A stretch of DNA of 64,000 nt from Candidatus Marinacidobacterales bacterium (GTDB lineage: Bacteria; Acidobacteriota; Vicinamibacteria; Marinacidobacterales; SMYC01), in contig OZ250169.1 in the NCBI GenBank assembly GCA_965237955.1, positions 6,784,001 through 6,848,000 of the forward strand, written 5' to 3'. Position 1 is the first letter of the stretch, and every line of letters starts with the position of its first letter. A program made the translations under genes and the position numbers. Below are positions 51,626 to 60,706 of this stretch, piece by piece. The notes beneath the pieces were generated by a model. The model saw nothing but the letters and a program-made list of their open reading frames with translations. It did not search any database and had not been told where the DNA came from.

Positions 51626-53041
51626 TCAGCTGTCCAATAGCTCGATCAGATCGTAGCCGTCGCCCATGTCGGGGCGGAAGGTTCGGGTGCCGAGCTTTTC
51701 GGTCAGTGTGTCGGCGAACGCGTTTGCGGACTTGGGCTCGCCGTGGACGACGAATACCGTGTCGGGCTGTTCTTTGCTGCCGCCGGCGGTGCGTACCCAT
51801 TTGAGAAGTTCGGTTCGATCGGCGTGTGCGGATAGGCCGCTGATGGGAATGAACTGCGCTTTGATGGGAACATTCTCCCCGTGAACGCGCACCGTGCGTT
51901 TTCCCTCCATCATCGCTCGGCCGCGCGTTCCGGGAGCTTGATACCCGGAAAGCATGATGAGGGTTCTTTTGTGCGGTAAAAGGCGTTTCAGATGATGGAG
52001 CACCCGTCCGGCGGTGAGCATGCCGCTTGCGGAGATGATGATCCGGGGTCCGGGGAGTTTGTTGAGTTTCTTCGATTCGTCGACGGAGCGGTGGAACTGG
52101 ACGTTGTTTGGGAACAAGCGGCTTCGGCCGTCGTCGTTCAGGGAATCATCGAGGCTCAAGTCCTCGATATGGCGGGAGTAGATGCGGGTCGCATCCACCG
52201 CCATCGGGCTATCGATGTGGATTGGCACGTCGGGAAGACGCCCGGCTTTGATGAGCTGCCGCAGGCACAGCGTGACGAGCTGCGAGCGGCCGACCGCGAA
52301 CGACGGGATGAGCACCGTTCCCTTGCGATCGATGCAATCGATGAGCGCCTCGCCAATCTGCTCTTCGATGGAGCCGCTCTTGTGCTCGCGATCGCCATAG
52401 GTCGATTCCATGATCAAGAAATGACAATCGGGGAGCGGGTCGGGGTCTGAGTGCAGGGGCATGTTGTAGCGCCCGACGTCGCCGCTGAAGACGAGCCGGA
52501 TGGTGCGCTCTCCCGTTTCGAGATGAACCTCGACCATCGATGCGCCGAGGATGTGGCCCACGTTCAGAAACCGCGCGCGCACGCCTTGTGCTGGCTCGAG
52601 CCACTTGCCGTAGTCCACCGGCTCCATGAAGCCGAGAGCGCCTCGGGCGTCGTCGGACGTGTATAGCGGGAGCGCGGGTTTGTGTTTGCTGAATCCTTCC
52701 TTGTTGGCGTAGTGGGCATCCTCTTCCTGGATCTTCGCCGAGTCCATCAACAGGAGCTGGGCGAGATCGAACGTTGCGCGCGTGCAATAGATCGGGCCGC
52801 GAAAGCCATCCTTCACGAGCCGGGGAAGGTAGCCGGCATGGTCGATGTGCGCATGTGTCAGGAACAAGAAATCGACATGCTCGGGATCGAATCGCGGTTT
52901 CTTCCAGTTCAAATTTCTCAGTTTCTTGAGCCCCTGGAACAGCCCCGCGTCGATCAAAAACCGCGCGGAGCCGGTTTCGACCAGGTGTCTCGAACCAGTG
53001 ACGGTGCCGGCACCGCCGTGGAATGACAGCCGTGGGTTCAT
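51626..53041 (-). CDS. MBL-fold beta-CASP nuclease (YSH1-like RNA-processing family)
   Basis: FHGGAGTVTGS, THAHIDH, GHILG, FSGD, ESTYG, SGM..GR, LSAHAD, VHGE; currently also in frame with the upstream RES N-part. Confidence 0.93.
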   Translation of the reverse strand: MNPRLSFHGGAGTVTGSRHLVETGSARFLIDAGLFQGLKKLRNLNWKKPRFDPEHVDFLFLTHAHIDHAGYLPRLVKDGFRGPIYCTRATFDLAQLLLMDSAKIQEEDAHYANKEGFSKHKPALPLYTSDDARGALGFMEPVDYGKWLEPAQGVRARFLNVGHILGASMVEVHLETGERTIRLVFSGDVGRYNMPLHSDPDPLPDCHFLIMESTYGDREHKSGSIEEQIGEALIDCIDRKGTVLIPSFAVGRSQLVTLCLRQLIKAGRLPDVPIHIDSPMAVDATRIYSRHIEDLSLDDSLNDDGRSRLFPNNVQFHRSVDESKKLNKLPGPRIIISASGMLTAGRVLHHLKRLLPHKRTLIMLSGYQAPGTRGRAMMEGKRTVRVHGENVPIKAQFIPISGLSAHADRTELLKWVRTAGGSKEQPDTVFVVHGEPKSANAFADTLTEKLGTRTFRPDMGDGYDLIELLDS

Positions 53042-53044
53042 CGC

Positions 53045-53620
53045 ATCAACTCGATCCCGGGCCGAGGGATAGCGCACAGCCTCGACGCCATCGGCTCTCA
53101 TGTCCCGACCGAGTTTTTGTGCGCTCTCATAGCGGCTGGGTGAGGCAATCCGTGAACGATACGTACGAAACGGCTCCGACATCAGATCCACGCCCCGCGC
53201 CGTTCGGATCGCTGTCTGAAACGAAGTGAGCTCGACGAGAAGCGGCGAGAGATCGGCCGTGGTACCTTCGAGGAATAGGAGGCGGTAGTAGGCTACTTCC
53301 GCGAAGCACGTCGGAAGTGTTTGCGAGCCGTACCAGATGCCGCGCTCGGTCTTGACGCCAAAGCGTGAACCGTGGCGGAGCGGGGGATATCGAAACGGCG
53401 TGAACAAGAGGTAGTGGAGCCCTTCGAGCCCTTCGAGGTCGGGCGTTACTGCGGGCTTCGAGTCCTCGAGGAGCTCCTCGAGAAGCACCTGCTCGGCGTC
53501 GGAATCGGTAAGCTTGCGGGTGGAGATCCGATGCTGCGCCTCGACGGCTCGAAACGCGCGCGCCGCAAGGCGCTTGCGATTAGAGGCGCCCCCGCATCGC
53601 GTCCAGATACTCTACGACAT
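53045..53620 (-). pseudogene. RES-domain toxin, N-terminal part (TAG at codon 3, broken at the inversion junction)
   Basis: MS*SIWTRC, RAVEAQH, TPFRYPPLRHGSRFG, AEVAYYR, RYPSARD. Confidence 0.88.
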
Positions 53621-53835
53621 GCACCAGTCCTTGAATCGAGCGCATGAGCTCCGACGGCTTGCCGCCGAGATGGTGATTCTCGGCGTGCAACCACTCCCGG
53701 TTTTTCGCCTCGTCGCCCCCGGTCAACGGGTCGAGGCTCCGGTACAGACGCACGAGAAGAAGTGACAACTCGCCCTCTTTGCCGTCGACGTCGACCTCAC
53801 GCGCACCCCGAGCGAGCCGCGACAGACTCTGTTCC
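53580..53835 (-). pseudogene. Xre/MbcA/ParS-type antitoxin, 5'-truncated
   Basis: KEGELSLLLVRLYRSLD..WLHAENHHLGGKP..GLVHVVEYLDAMRG; in-frame TAA upstream, most of the HTH missing. Confidence 0.8.
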
Positions 53836-54077
53836 GGTTACTGCCCGTATTCCGCGACGGAGAGACCGGGCACGCGCCGATAGTGGCGCTGGTTTCGCGT
53901 CACCACCGGGATGCCATAAGCAAGACTCCTCTCTTCGATTCGCAAACGACGTCGCAACTAGATTAGAATAGGCTCGCTCGAGGCACCATAACGTATCAAT
54001 CTCACGATGTGAGCATGCTCTCGCGTGCCCCTCGAGCACACACCCGGTGCCTGTCGGCATAGAGGAGGGTAAAGGCA

Positions 54078-54897
54078 ATGGGTGGAAGAAGACGATTCAC
54101 GCTGCCAGTTCCGGTGGTCGCGCTCTGCATCCTCACTCTCACAGCGAGCCACTTGGAAGCCGACTCGGCCAAAATCTGGGCTGGGCACGCAAAGGAGTTC
54201 GAGGAGCTCCTCGAGAACGCCGAAGTCCTTTCGATCAAAGAGATCGGAAGCGGCGCCAACAACCCGAAGCGAGTGACGCTCCGGCAGGGAGAGCGCACGC
54301 TACGCGGCTTGTGGAAACCGATACAACGCGGTCCCAAAGAGTGGGCGTGGGAGAGCTACGAAACCGAAGTCGCCGCCTACAAAATCGATCGCATGCTCGG
54401 CCTCGACATGGTGCCGCCGACAGTCGTGAAAGAAATCGACGGGCAAAAAGGATCACTACAGCTCTGGGTCGACGGCTGCCGCCTCTACGAGGACGTCGAA
54501 GGTGACGATCACGAGACCGTCTCCTGGGAGCAACAGATCTCGCGCATGCGTGTCTTCGACACAGTCATCGGCAACTGGGATCGCGGCCAGCGGAACTACA
54601 TGGTCGACGACGAGTGGAACGTCGTTTTTGATCGATCACTCCCAGGCTTTTTCGAGCTCGCACTACCTCGACGAGCAACTGGACAAACTGCCGCCCCGAT
54701 TCGATCGAGAGCAAATCGAAAGCATGAAGCATTGGGATGTGGAGTACTTGAGCTTCCGGTTCGGACGACTGCTGCTCAAACCTCAAGTCAACGCCATCAT
54801 CATCCGGCGCGACGCGTTGGTCCGATACGTGGACAATCTCGTCGAGAACCGTGGTGACAAAAACGTCTGGTTCGCGGACGACACTGAAAAGGAGTGA
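54078..54897 (+). pseudogene. secreted kinase-like (PI3/4K/HipA-like fold) protein with frameshift at the T-run 54625-54629
   Basis: YETEVAAYKIDRMLGLDMVPPTV, NWDR..N; continues LIDHSQAF in another frame. Confidence 0.75.
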
Positions 54898-54901
54898 CCC
54901 C

Positions 54902-55060
54902 ATGAGCTCACTGGACCGACGTAGCTTCCTCAACGACAAGTAAGGCATCGTCATCACCTTCCGCGAAGAGAGCGGCTCGGTGGTGCGCGTATCCCACTCG
55001 CTATTCAACAACCGGAGCGATATCCAGCACCTACTGAAAGTGCTCGGGACGATAGCCTAA
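54902..55060 (+). pseudogene. head-tail remnant of a Tat-exported class V aminotransferase-like gene
   Basis: MSSLDRRSFL (Tat motif) joined to VRVSHSLFNNRSDIQHLL; internal TAA at 54941. Confidence 0.55.
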
Positions 55061-55064
55061 AGCC

Positions 55065-55487
55065 TTACGACGCGTTCCGGCTCTGGGCAGCGATTCGACT
55101 CACGATACGCTCGACTATTTGTCCGCGGTAGTGCGCGACGTCCCGCGGCTGGGCCCCTTGGGGCACTTTATACTGACTCGATATCGTGAATTTCTTTTCT
55201 TCCGGCTCCGATTGCATGAAGATTTTGACGAGCGTCGGGTAGGGTGTCTCACCGGCACCGGCCCACTCCCATGTGAGCGTGCCCACGAGGTCGGGTTGGT
55301 CAGCTTGGTGAAGCGTTGCGCCCGCCGATAGAAGCGCTTTTTCCAAATCCGCCTTCACGTCTTCAGCATGCTCACCTTCGATCTGAATGTCGCCAAGGGT
55401 CACTCCCTCGAGTTGCGATGATGAGCCACAGTTGATGGTTAGCGCCGCCAAGAGCAGAACGCTAAGGGACAGAAATACTCGACTCAT
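55065..55487 (-). CDS. putative lipoprotein
   Basis: Hydrophobic signal ending LTIN-C; SD AAGGA. Confidence 0.65.
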   Translation of the reverse strand: MSRVFLSLSVLLLAALTINCGSSSQLEGVTLGDIQIEGEHAEDVKADLEKALLSAGATLHQADQPDLVGTLTWEWAGAGETPYPTLVKIFMQSEPEEKKFTISSQYKVPQGAQPRDVAHYRGQIVERIVSRIAAQSRNAS

Positions 55488-55774
55488 GATTTCCTTCTTT
55501 CCAAAAAGGCCCGGTCGTGCCCCAACCCCAGCCGAGCCAATTGCGGTCCCGAGGTTACTACCGCCATTGCTGAGACTCAACCACCAGATTCCACCCCTAG
55601 TGGCTGATACAGCCCGACCAACAACATATTGGGGCCAACACTGTGGGACCGGTCTACTCGCAAAAATAGTTTGGGAAACTCACATTCTGGCTATAGTCTG
55701 AGGCTCATAAGGGTACGTCCGCGGGGGCGGGTGCGCTGAATCACTAATCGGCCAATGGCCGAAGGAGAGGTGTC

Positions 55775-56416
55775 ATGGCAATTCGTTTGGGAGATACGGC
55801 TCCCGATTTCAAAGCCGATACGACAGAGGGTCCCATTCAGTTTCACGACTGGATCGGGGATGGTTGGGGCGTGTTGTTCTCGCACCCCAAGGACTTCACG
55901 CCCGTCTGCACCACCGAGCTCGGTGAAGTAGCGAAGCTCAAGAGCGAGTTCGACAAGAGGCACGTCAAAGTCGTGGGGCTCAGCGTGGACAAAGTCGGCG
56001 ATCACAAGAAGTGGTCCGAAGACATCAAAGAGACCCAGGGAGTGGCCGTCAACTTCCCCCTCATCGACGACGCCAGTCGGAAGGTGTCGGATCTCTACGA
56101 CATGATCCATCCGCAAGCCGACGACACGATGACGGTGCGATCGGTTTTCGTAGTAGGTCCGGACAAGAAAGTAAAGCTCACCATTACCTACCCGGCGAGC
56201 ACTGGACGCAACTTCGACGAGATCCTGCGCGTGATCGACTCGCTACAGCTGACTGCGAACTATCAGGTGGCGACACCCGTGAACTGGAAGGACGGCGATG
56301 ACGTCATCATCGTACCCGCGGTGAGCAACGAAGAGGCGAAAAAGAAATTTCCAAAGGGTTTCAAAGAAGTGAAACCGTACTTGCGCGTGACCCCGCAACC
56401 GAATCGCGACGCGTAA
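55775..56416 (+). CDS. 1-Cys peroxiredoxin (Prx6)
   Basis: FSHPKDFTPVCTTE, YPASTGRNFDEILR, ATPVNW. Confidence 0.96.
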   Translation: MAIRLGDTAPDFKADTTEGPIQFHDWIGDGWGVLFSHPKDFTPVCTTELGEVAKLKSEFDKRHVKVVGLSVDKVGDHKKWSEDIKETQGVAVNFPLIDDASRKVSDLYDMIHPQADDTMTVRSVFVVGPDKKVKLTITYPASTGRNFDEILRVIDSLQLTANYQVATPVNWKDGDDVIIVPAVSNEEAKKKFPKGFKEVKPYLRVTPQPNRDA

Positions 56417-56639
56417 GCGCGCGCTGACGGTTTCTTTGGCAATCCCCCGGCGTCAGGCCGGGGGATCCAAACCTCGAGGGCGATCCCGCCTTCTCGGTGC
56501 TGGGAGACCGCGAGAGCCAGCGGCGACAAGTCGGAAGAAAAGGCGCAGACGGAATCTACAAATTCGACATCGTGATGCACGCGAGAACGGGTTCGTAGCG
56601 CTGAGTCCGGCCGAGCGCGACGCTGGAGAATCCCAACAC

Positions 56640-56780
56640 CGCGCTTACCCCCTCGTTGAGCGAGGCGAGCTTGACGACGCCATCTGCTCCTATCGCAAAG
56701 CCATCAACCTCGATCCCTGGCCGGCCCCTCACCGCGCGGGAGAGCGCTTCGAAAGGCGGGCAAGGAACAGCCAAGAATAG
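56640..56780 (+). pseudogene. TPR fragment
   Basis: GELDDAICSYRKAINLDP; no credible start. Confidence 0.35.
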
Positions 56781-56889
56781 CTAACGCGGATCGCTTACAC
56801 CAACAGACTTCAGCGGGACTAAACTACATGAATATGGAGTCGCCGAGAGGACTTTCTGAGCCTTCCCACCCGACGGATCTTCAGGCTCA

Positions 56890-57903
56890 TCAAGGGCTAG
56901 TGTTCCCGCTCGAGTAGTAGCCTTGGCGGGTGCGGACGATGAGGTCGTCTCTGTTTTTCACGCGCACTTCGAGGGGGCGCCAGTTGGCGACGTCGGTCTC
57001 GACTCCGGACTCAGGCTCGAGTTTCTCCCGGGGGATGTACGCCATGCGGTAGTGGCGGTGAAGGTCCTCCTGCACATCCGCGAACGCATCCTTCACCGCT
57101 TCGATATCTTCGGGAAAGTAGGCGCGTCCGCCGGTCGCTTCGGCAAGCGTGGTGAGAAACGGTCGGTTCACGCTGTAGGTACCATCGGGTCCCCAACCGG
57201 TGAACCCAACGGCGTAGATCGTCACCTCGCTCAGCTTCGCCGCTTCGACCGCGTCCTCCTTCGTCGACTCGCTCCCCTGCTGTGCAGGGCCCGAATCGTC
57301 ACCGTCGGTAAAAACCAGAAGTGATTTGCGGCCTTCGACGACGCCAACCTCCTCGAGAGCGGTGATGATGGCATCGTAGAGCGGGGTCTTGCCCGCGGCT
57401 CGCATGGAGCTCAAGATCGCATAGTGCTCGCTGAGGTCGTAGGTAAAGCCCGGCCCGAAGCGCACTCCGTTACCGAAAAGGCCGATCCGTGCGGTGTCCC
57501 CCTCGCTCAGGTTTTGCGCGAACAGGTAACCTGCCGTTTGAATCGCACCCAGGTTCGATCGGATGCTCGATGACGAGTCGAGCAGCAGCATCGTCGTTAC
57601 TGGCGTGAACTCCGCGTTGAAGAACTGAATATCCTGGGGCTCGCCACCATCGAGGATGACGAAATCGCTCTCGGCGAGCCCGGGAATGAAGCGGCCCCGT
57701 TTGTCGACGACGACGACGTCGAGCGTCACCGACTCCACCCGGACCGCGAACTGGACGCGGCCTCCTCGCGTCTGCGCAGGCTGTCCAGCCTCTTGAGCTT
57801 GCCGAGCCTCTTCAGTTTGCCCGCCGGCGGCTCCGGCCAACGTCAGGACGGCACACCCGACAGCACCGATGTGAGCTACCTTATCCATGCTTCCCGAGCT
57901 CAT
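56890..57903 (-). CDS. VWA domain protein (acidobacterial VWFA type)
   Basis: LDVVVVDKRGRFIPGL, MIDAS DSSSS, TPLYDA, FTDGDD, LAEATGG, RTRQGY. Confidence 0.92.
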   Translation of the reverse strand: MSSGSMDKVAHIGAVGCAVLTLAGAAGGQTEEARQAQEAGQPAQTRGGRVQFAVRVESVTLDVVVVDKRGRFIPGLAESDFVILDGGEPQDIQFFNAEFTPVTTMLLLDSSSSIRSNLGAIQTAGYLFAQNLSEGDTARIGLFGNGVRFGPGFTYDLSEHYAILSSMRAAGKTPLYDAIITALEEVGVVEGRKSLLVFTDGDDSGPAQQGSESTKEDAVEAAKLSEVTIYAVGFTGWGPDGTYSVNRPFLTTLAEATGGRAYFPEDIEAVKDAFADVQEDLHRHYRMAYIPREKLEPESGVETDVANWRPLEVRVKNRDDLIVRTRQGYYSSGNTSP

Positions 57904-58097
57904 AGTAGCACGCAGCTTCTACTTGGCTCCTGGCTCGTACGCGCGCAGGTCTTCGTGGAGAAGCGTCCCCCAATGCCAATGCGGTGAAAACCGCAGATAG
58001 CCATCCGGAACGTTGCACGCGACCGCACGATCGCCGAGCGCTTTCTGGAGCGCCATCACGTCCCCAACCGCGCCTGGTAATCTGTCATCGTCCGATT

Positions 58098-58916
58098 CTA
58101 TACATTCAGCGTCACCTCGCGCAGAAGCCGCATCGGGCCGAGTCGCTTCAGCTGCGACAGCTCATCTTCCGAGCGCACGAGAAGCGCACCGGCGAAGCCA
58201 AGTGCGTTGACGGAAATCGAGTTCCACGACTCGCGTGCTCGCGGCACCACGAGCATCCAATCGCGGGTAGCGAGCAGATTGTACGCACGCGGATTCCCGA
58301 GAGAAGCCAAAAGCCTCGAGTACCTCTCATGAATTTTCGGCGCGGCGTCGCCGGTGCCGAGGCAGTCGTCGATACGACAAACCGCGTGCGCGAACGGAAG
58401 GCCTCGCGAATCATCATCGAGCACCGCCTCGATCGGCGTTCGCTCCGAACCGTCGCCGAGCGGCACCGGCACCACTTGGAGATGTTTGTGCCGCTGGCTC
58501 GCCCCCGCGTTGGGACCGGCGTTATAGAACACGAGCGCGTCGGCCTCGGTGAGACAGCGCCACGCGACATCGAAGTCTTCGCGAGTGAGAAGCGACTCCT
58601 GTTCTTCGAACGCGCGCGTCACGAGAAGCACGTGCTGATCGACGACGCTGAATTTATTCAGGACCGCAAAGTGCGTCTCAGAAACGTCGGCGACGAAGAG
58701 GTCCTTTTCCGGCTCGGCGAACGCGTCGAATCCGTCCGGTTTCCGGATGCTGTCGAGACGCTTGCGCTCCAGGTTTTCGACGACACGAGTGAGAAAGCGG
58801 ACGCCGCCGTCTTCGATCACACGGCTCGTCGTCGAGATCGGCTGGAGCGATCCAGAGGAGAGCGCAGCAGCGGTAGTCTCGGCGACCGCGCGCCAGAACG
58901 CGCTATCGGATCGCAC
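58098..58916 (-). CDS. ATP adenylyltransferase / Ap4A phosphorylase-like (HIT/GalT branch)
   Basis: LNKFSVVDQH, FYNAGPNAGASQRHKHLQ (HxHxQ), SVNALGFAG. Confidence 0.88.
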   Translation of the reverse strand: MRSDSAFWRAVAETTAAALSSGSLQPISTTSRVIEDGGVRFLTRVVENLERKRLDSIRKPDGFDAFAEPEKDLFVADVSETHFAVLNKFSVVDQHVLLVTRAFEEQESLLTREDFDVAWRCLTEADALVFYNAGPNAGASQRHKHLQVVPVPLGDGSERTPIEAVLDDDSRGLPFAHAVCRIDDCLGTGDAAPKIHERYSRLLASLGNPRAYNLLATRDWMLVVPRARESWNSISVNALGFAGALLVRSEDELSQLKRLGPMRLLREVTLNV

Positions 58917-60675
58917 GATGCTGATAGAGCACGCCGTCGGAAAATCCCTGCCCGCGGTAGTAGTTCCGGGTGCCGACAGAGGAGATTACCGCCATCTTGG
59001 AAAAACCCTTTTCACGCGCAAGCTCGGCCGCATGGTCGATGAGACGGCGCCCGAGCCCGGAATGTTGAGCTTTCCGCTCGTCGCGCTCGCCGATCGTCAC
59101 AGCCGCACCGTAGACGTGGACTTCGCGGATCAGCGCGCTGGCTTCGAGCTCGGCGATATAGGCAGGCTCTTCGGGAAGACACAGGCGCAGGAAGCCGGCG
59201 AGACGATCTGAGTCGGTAACGAACTGCAAGAAGGCTTCGTCACCGACCGAAGTGCGGTAGCGCTCGACGACGAGGCGAAGAGTCTCGGGCGAAGCGGTAT
59301 CGCCGCGAATTTCGCGGGCGCGAATATCGCGGGAGCCGATGCCACGCTTCGCCATCTCCGACTCTGCGATCGCACGAAAATTCGTCACCCGGCTTCCGGC
59401 GAGGATATCATCACCGGGGATGTCGCGAATGACCCGCGAAAGGCGGCAGTAGACGGGCGTTTCGGTCATGCAATCGATCAGGATCTTCAAGAGCTCGTCT
59501 TCGGAGTACGGCCGATAGCGCCCGGCTTCGTAATGGGTCATCAACTCGGCGCTCTCGATAAGGCTGCATGGGTACAGCTTGAGCTCGTCCGGACGGAAGT
59601 CTTGATCCGAGAACAGGCGCGCAAAGTCGACCACGTCCTCGGCCGGAGTCGAGCCGTAGAGGTTCACCATCCAATGCGCCTGGACCTTGAAGCCCGCCTG
59701 ACGCAGCAACTTGGTCGCTCGGCGGGACGCTGCGACGTCGTGACCGCGCTGGTTGAGCTCCAGCACTTCGTCGGAAAGACTTTGGTAGCCGATCTGGATC
59801 TTGGTGGCGCCGAGGCGTCGGAGCCGTGTGACTTCTTCTTCGGTGATGTAGTCGGGACGGGTCTCTAGCGAGAGCCCCACGCACCGCGCTCCCGCGGTCT
59901 CGTTCTCGCGCTGTACCACGGCGAGCTCGTCCCAGGTCGCGGACTCCGCCGCTTCTACCGCACCCGACGCGTCGGCTCGCTCGGTGAAATCTGACACGAT
60001 GCGGTTGTACGGGTTGCCACCCTTACGACCGTCGACCTCTTCACCGATCGCTTCGAAATCGATCCGTAAACATGAACTCGAACGCGAGCTGGGAGGCGCA
60101 TCGCGCACACCGGCACCGAAATCGTTCAACGCAACGAACGTACGCTTCAGGAACCAAATTTGATACGGCTCGGTGTAGAACGACCACGTGCCTCCGAGAA
60201 CAATGAGCTCTATTTTGTCCACGGGATGCCCGATGCGGTAGAGCGCGCTCAACCGTGCAAGCGTCTGCTCGTACGGATCGAACTGATGCATACCGGCGCG
60301 TTGGGCCCCCGGTTCCCGCGACAAGTAGCTCTTCGGCATCTTCACGTCGTTCGGGCAGAAGATGCACTTTCCCGGGCACGGGAACGGCTTGGTGAGAATG
60401 GTCACCGGCGTGACGCCGCTGAGCGAGCGCACCGGCTTCATGCGGAGCTTTTCGATGATCGCCTCGCGCTCGGAAGGCCAGTCGTAGAGCTTTGCGAGAT
60501 AGCGGTAGCCCGCGATGAGCTCGCTCCGCGAGAAGATGGACGAGCCGTTTTTGGGATGGCGGCGTAGGATGCGGTCGAGCGAGCGTACCTTTATTTCAGG
60601 AAGGGATTCCACCTCGTCGAGAATGGCGAGCAGGTCGCGCTCGTGGTCCTCGGGTGCAAACTCGTAGTTGCGCAT
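58903..60675 (-). CDS. elp3: Elp3-like tRNA U34 carboxymethyltransferase (radical SAM + GNAT)
   Basis: KPVRSLSGVTPV, CPGKCIFCP, MPKSY..EP, ETRPD, LKLYP, RVIRDIP, IREVHVYG, QHSGLG, ISSVGTRNYY. Confidence 0.93.
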   Translation of the reverse strand: MRNYEFAPEDHERDLLAILDEVESLPEIKVRSLDRILRRHPKNGSSIFSRSELIAGYRYLAKLYDWPSEREAIIEKLRMKPVRSLSGVTPVTILTKPFPCPGKCIFCPNDVKMPKSYLSREPGAQRAGMHQFDPYEQTLARLSALYRIGHPVDKIELIVLGGTWSFYTEPYQIWFLKRTFVALNDFGAGVRDAPPSSRSSSCLRIDFEAIGEEVDGRKGGNPYNRIVSDFTERADASGAVEAAESATWDELAVVQRENETAGARCVGLSLETRPDYITEEEVTRLRRLGATKIQIGYQSLSDEVLELNQRGHDVAASRRATKLLRQAGFKVQAHWMVNLYGSTPAEDVVDFARLFSDQDFRPDELKLYPCSLIESAELMTHYEAGRYRPYSEDELLKILIDCMTETPVYCRLSRVIRDIPGDDILAGSRVTNFRAIAESEMAKRGIGSRDIRAREIRGDTASPETLRLVVERYRTSVGDEAFLQFVTDSDRLAGFLRLCLPEEPAYIAELEASALIREVHVYGAAVTIGERDERKAQHSGLGRRLIDHAAELAREKGFSKMAVISSVGTRNYYRGQGFSDGVLYQHRAIR

Positions 60676-60706
60676 CGTTCGTGAGAAGAATAGCGTAAAC
60701 GCGACC

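Larger units (their letters stand above)
50415..53052. other. inverted segment bounded by 8-bp inverted repeats GAGTTGAT / ATCAACTC
   Basis: Repeats at 50415-50422 and 53045-53052; flipping rejoins the two RES halves and places the nuclease gene after thrC. Confidence 0.85.

Noticed and set aside
6957-53614. Amber (TAG) recoding suggested by many in-frame TAGs (6957, 7185, 7730, 7844, ~20275, 53612)
   Set aside because: Intact genes end in TAG (SSS transporter, Mo subunit, thrC); the TAGs replace different residues; TAA and TGA nonsense codons also occur; affected genes mostly have other lesions
5847-59042. Long ORFs 5847..7160(-), 9172..10434(+), 22982..24328(-), 31735..33471(+), 40447..41295(+), 57984..59042(+)
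   Set aside because: Antisense or off-frame shadows of well-supported genes, expected in high-GC DNA; only the last 70 codons of 5847..7160 are treated as a gene
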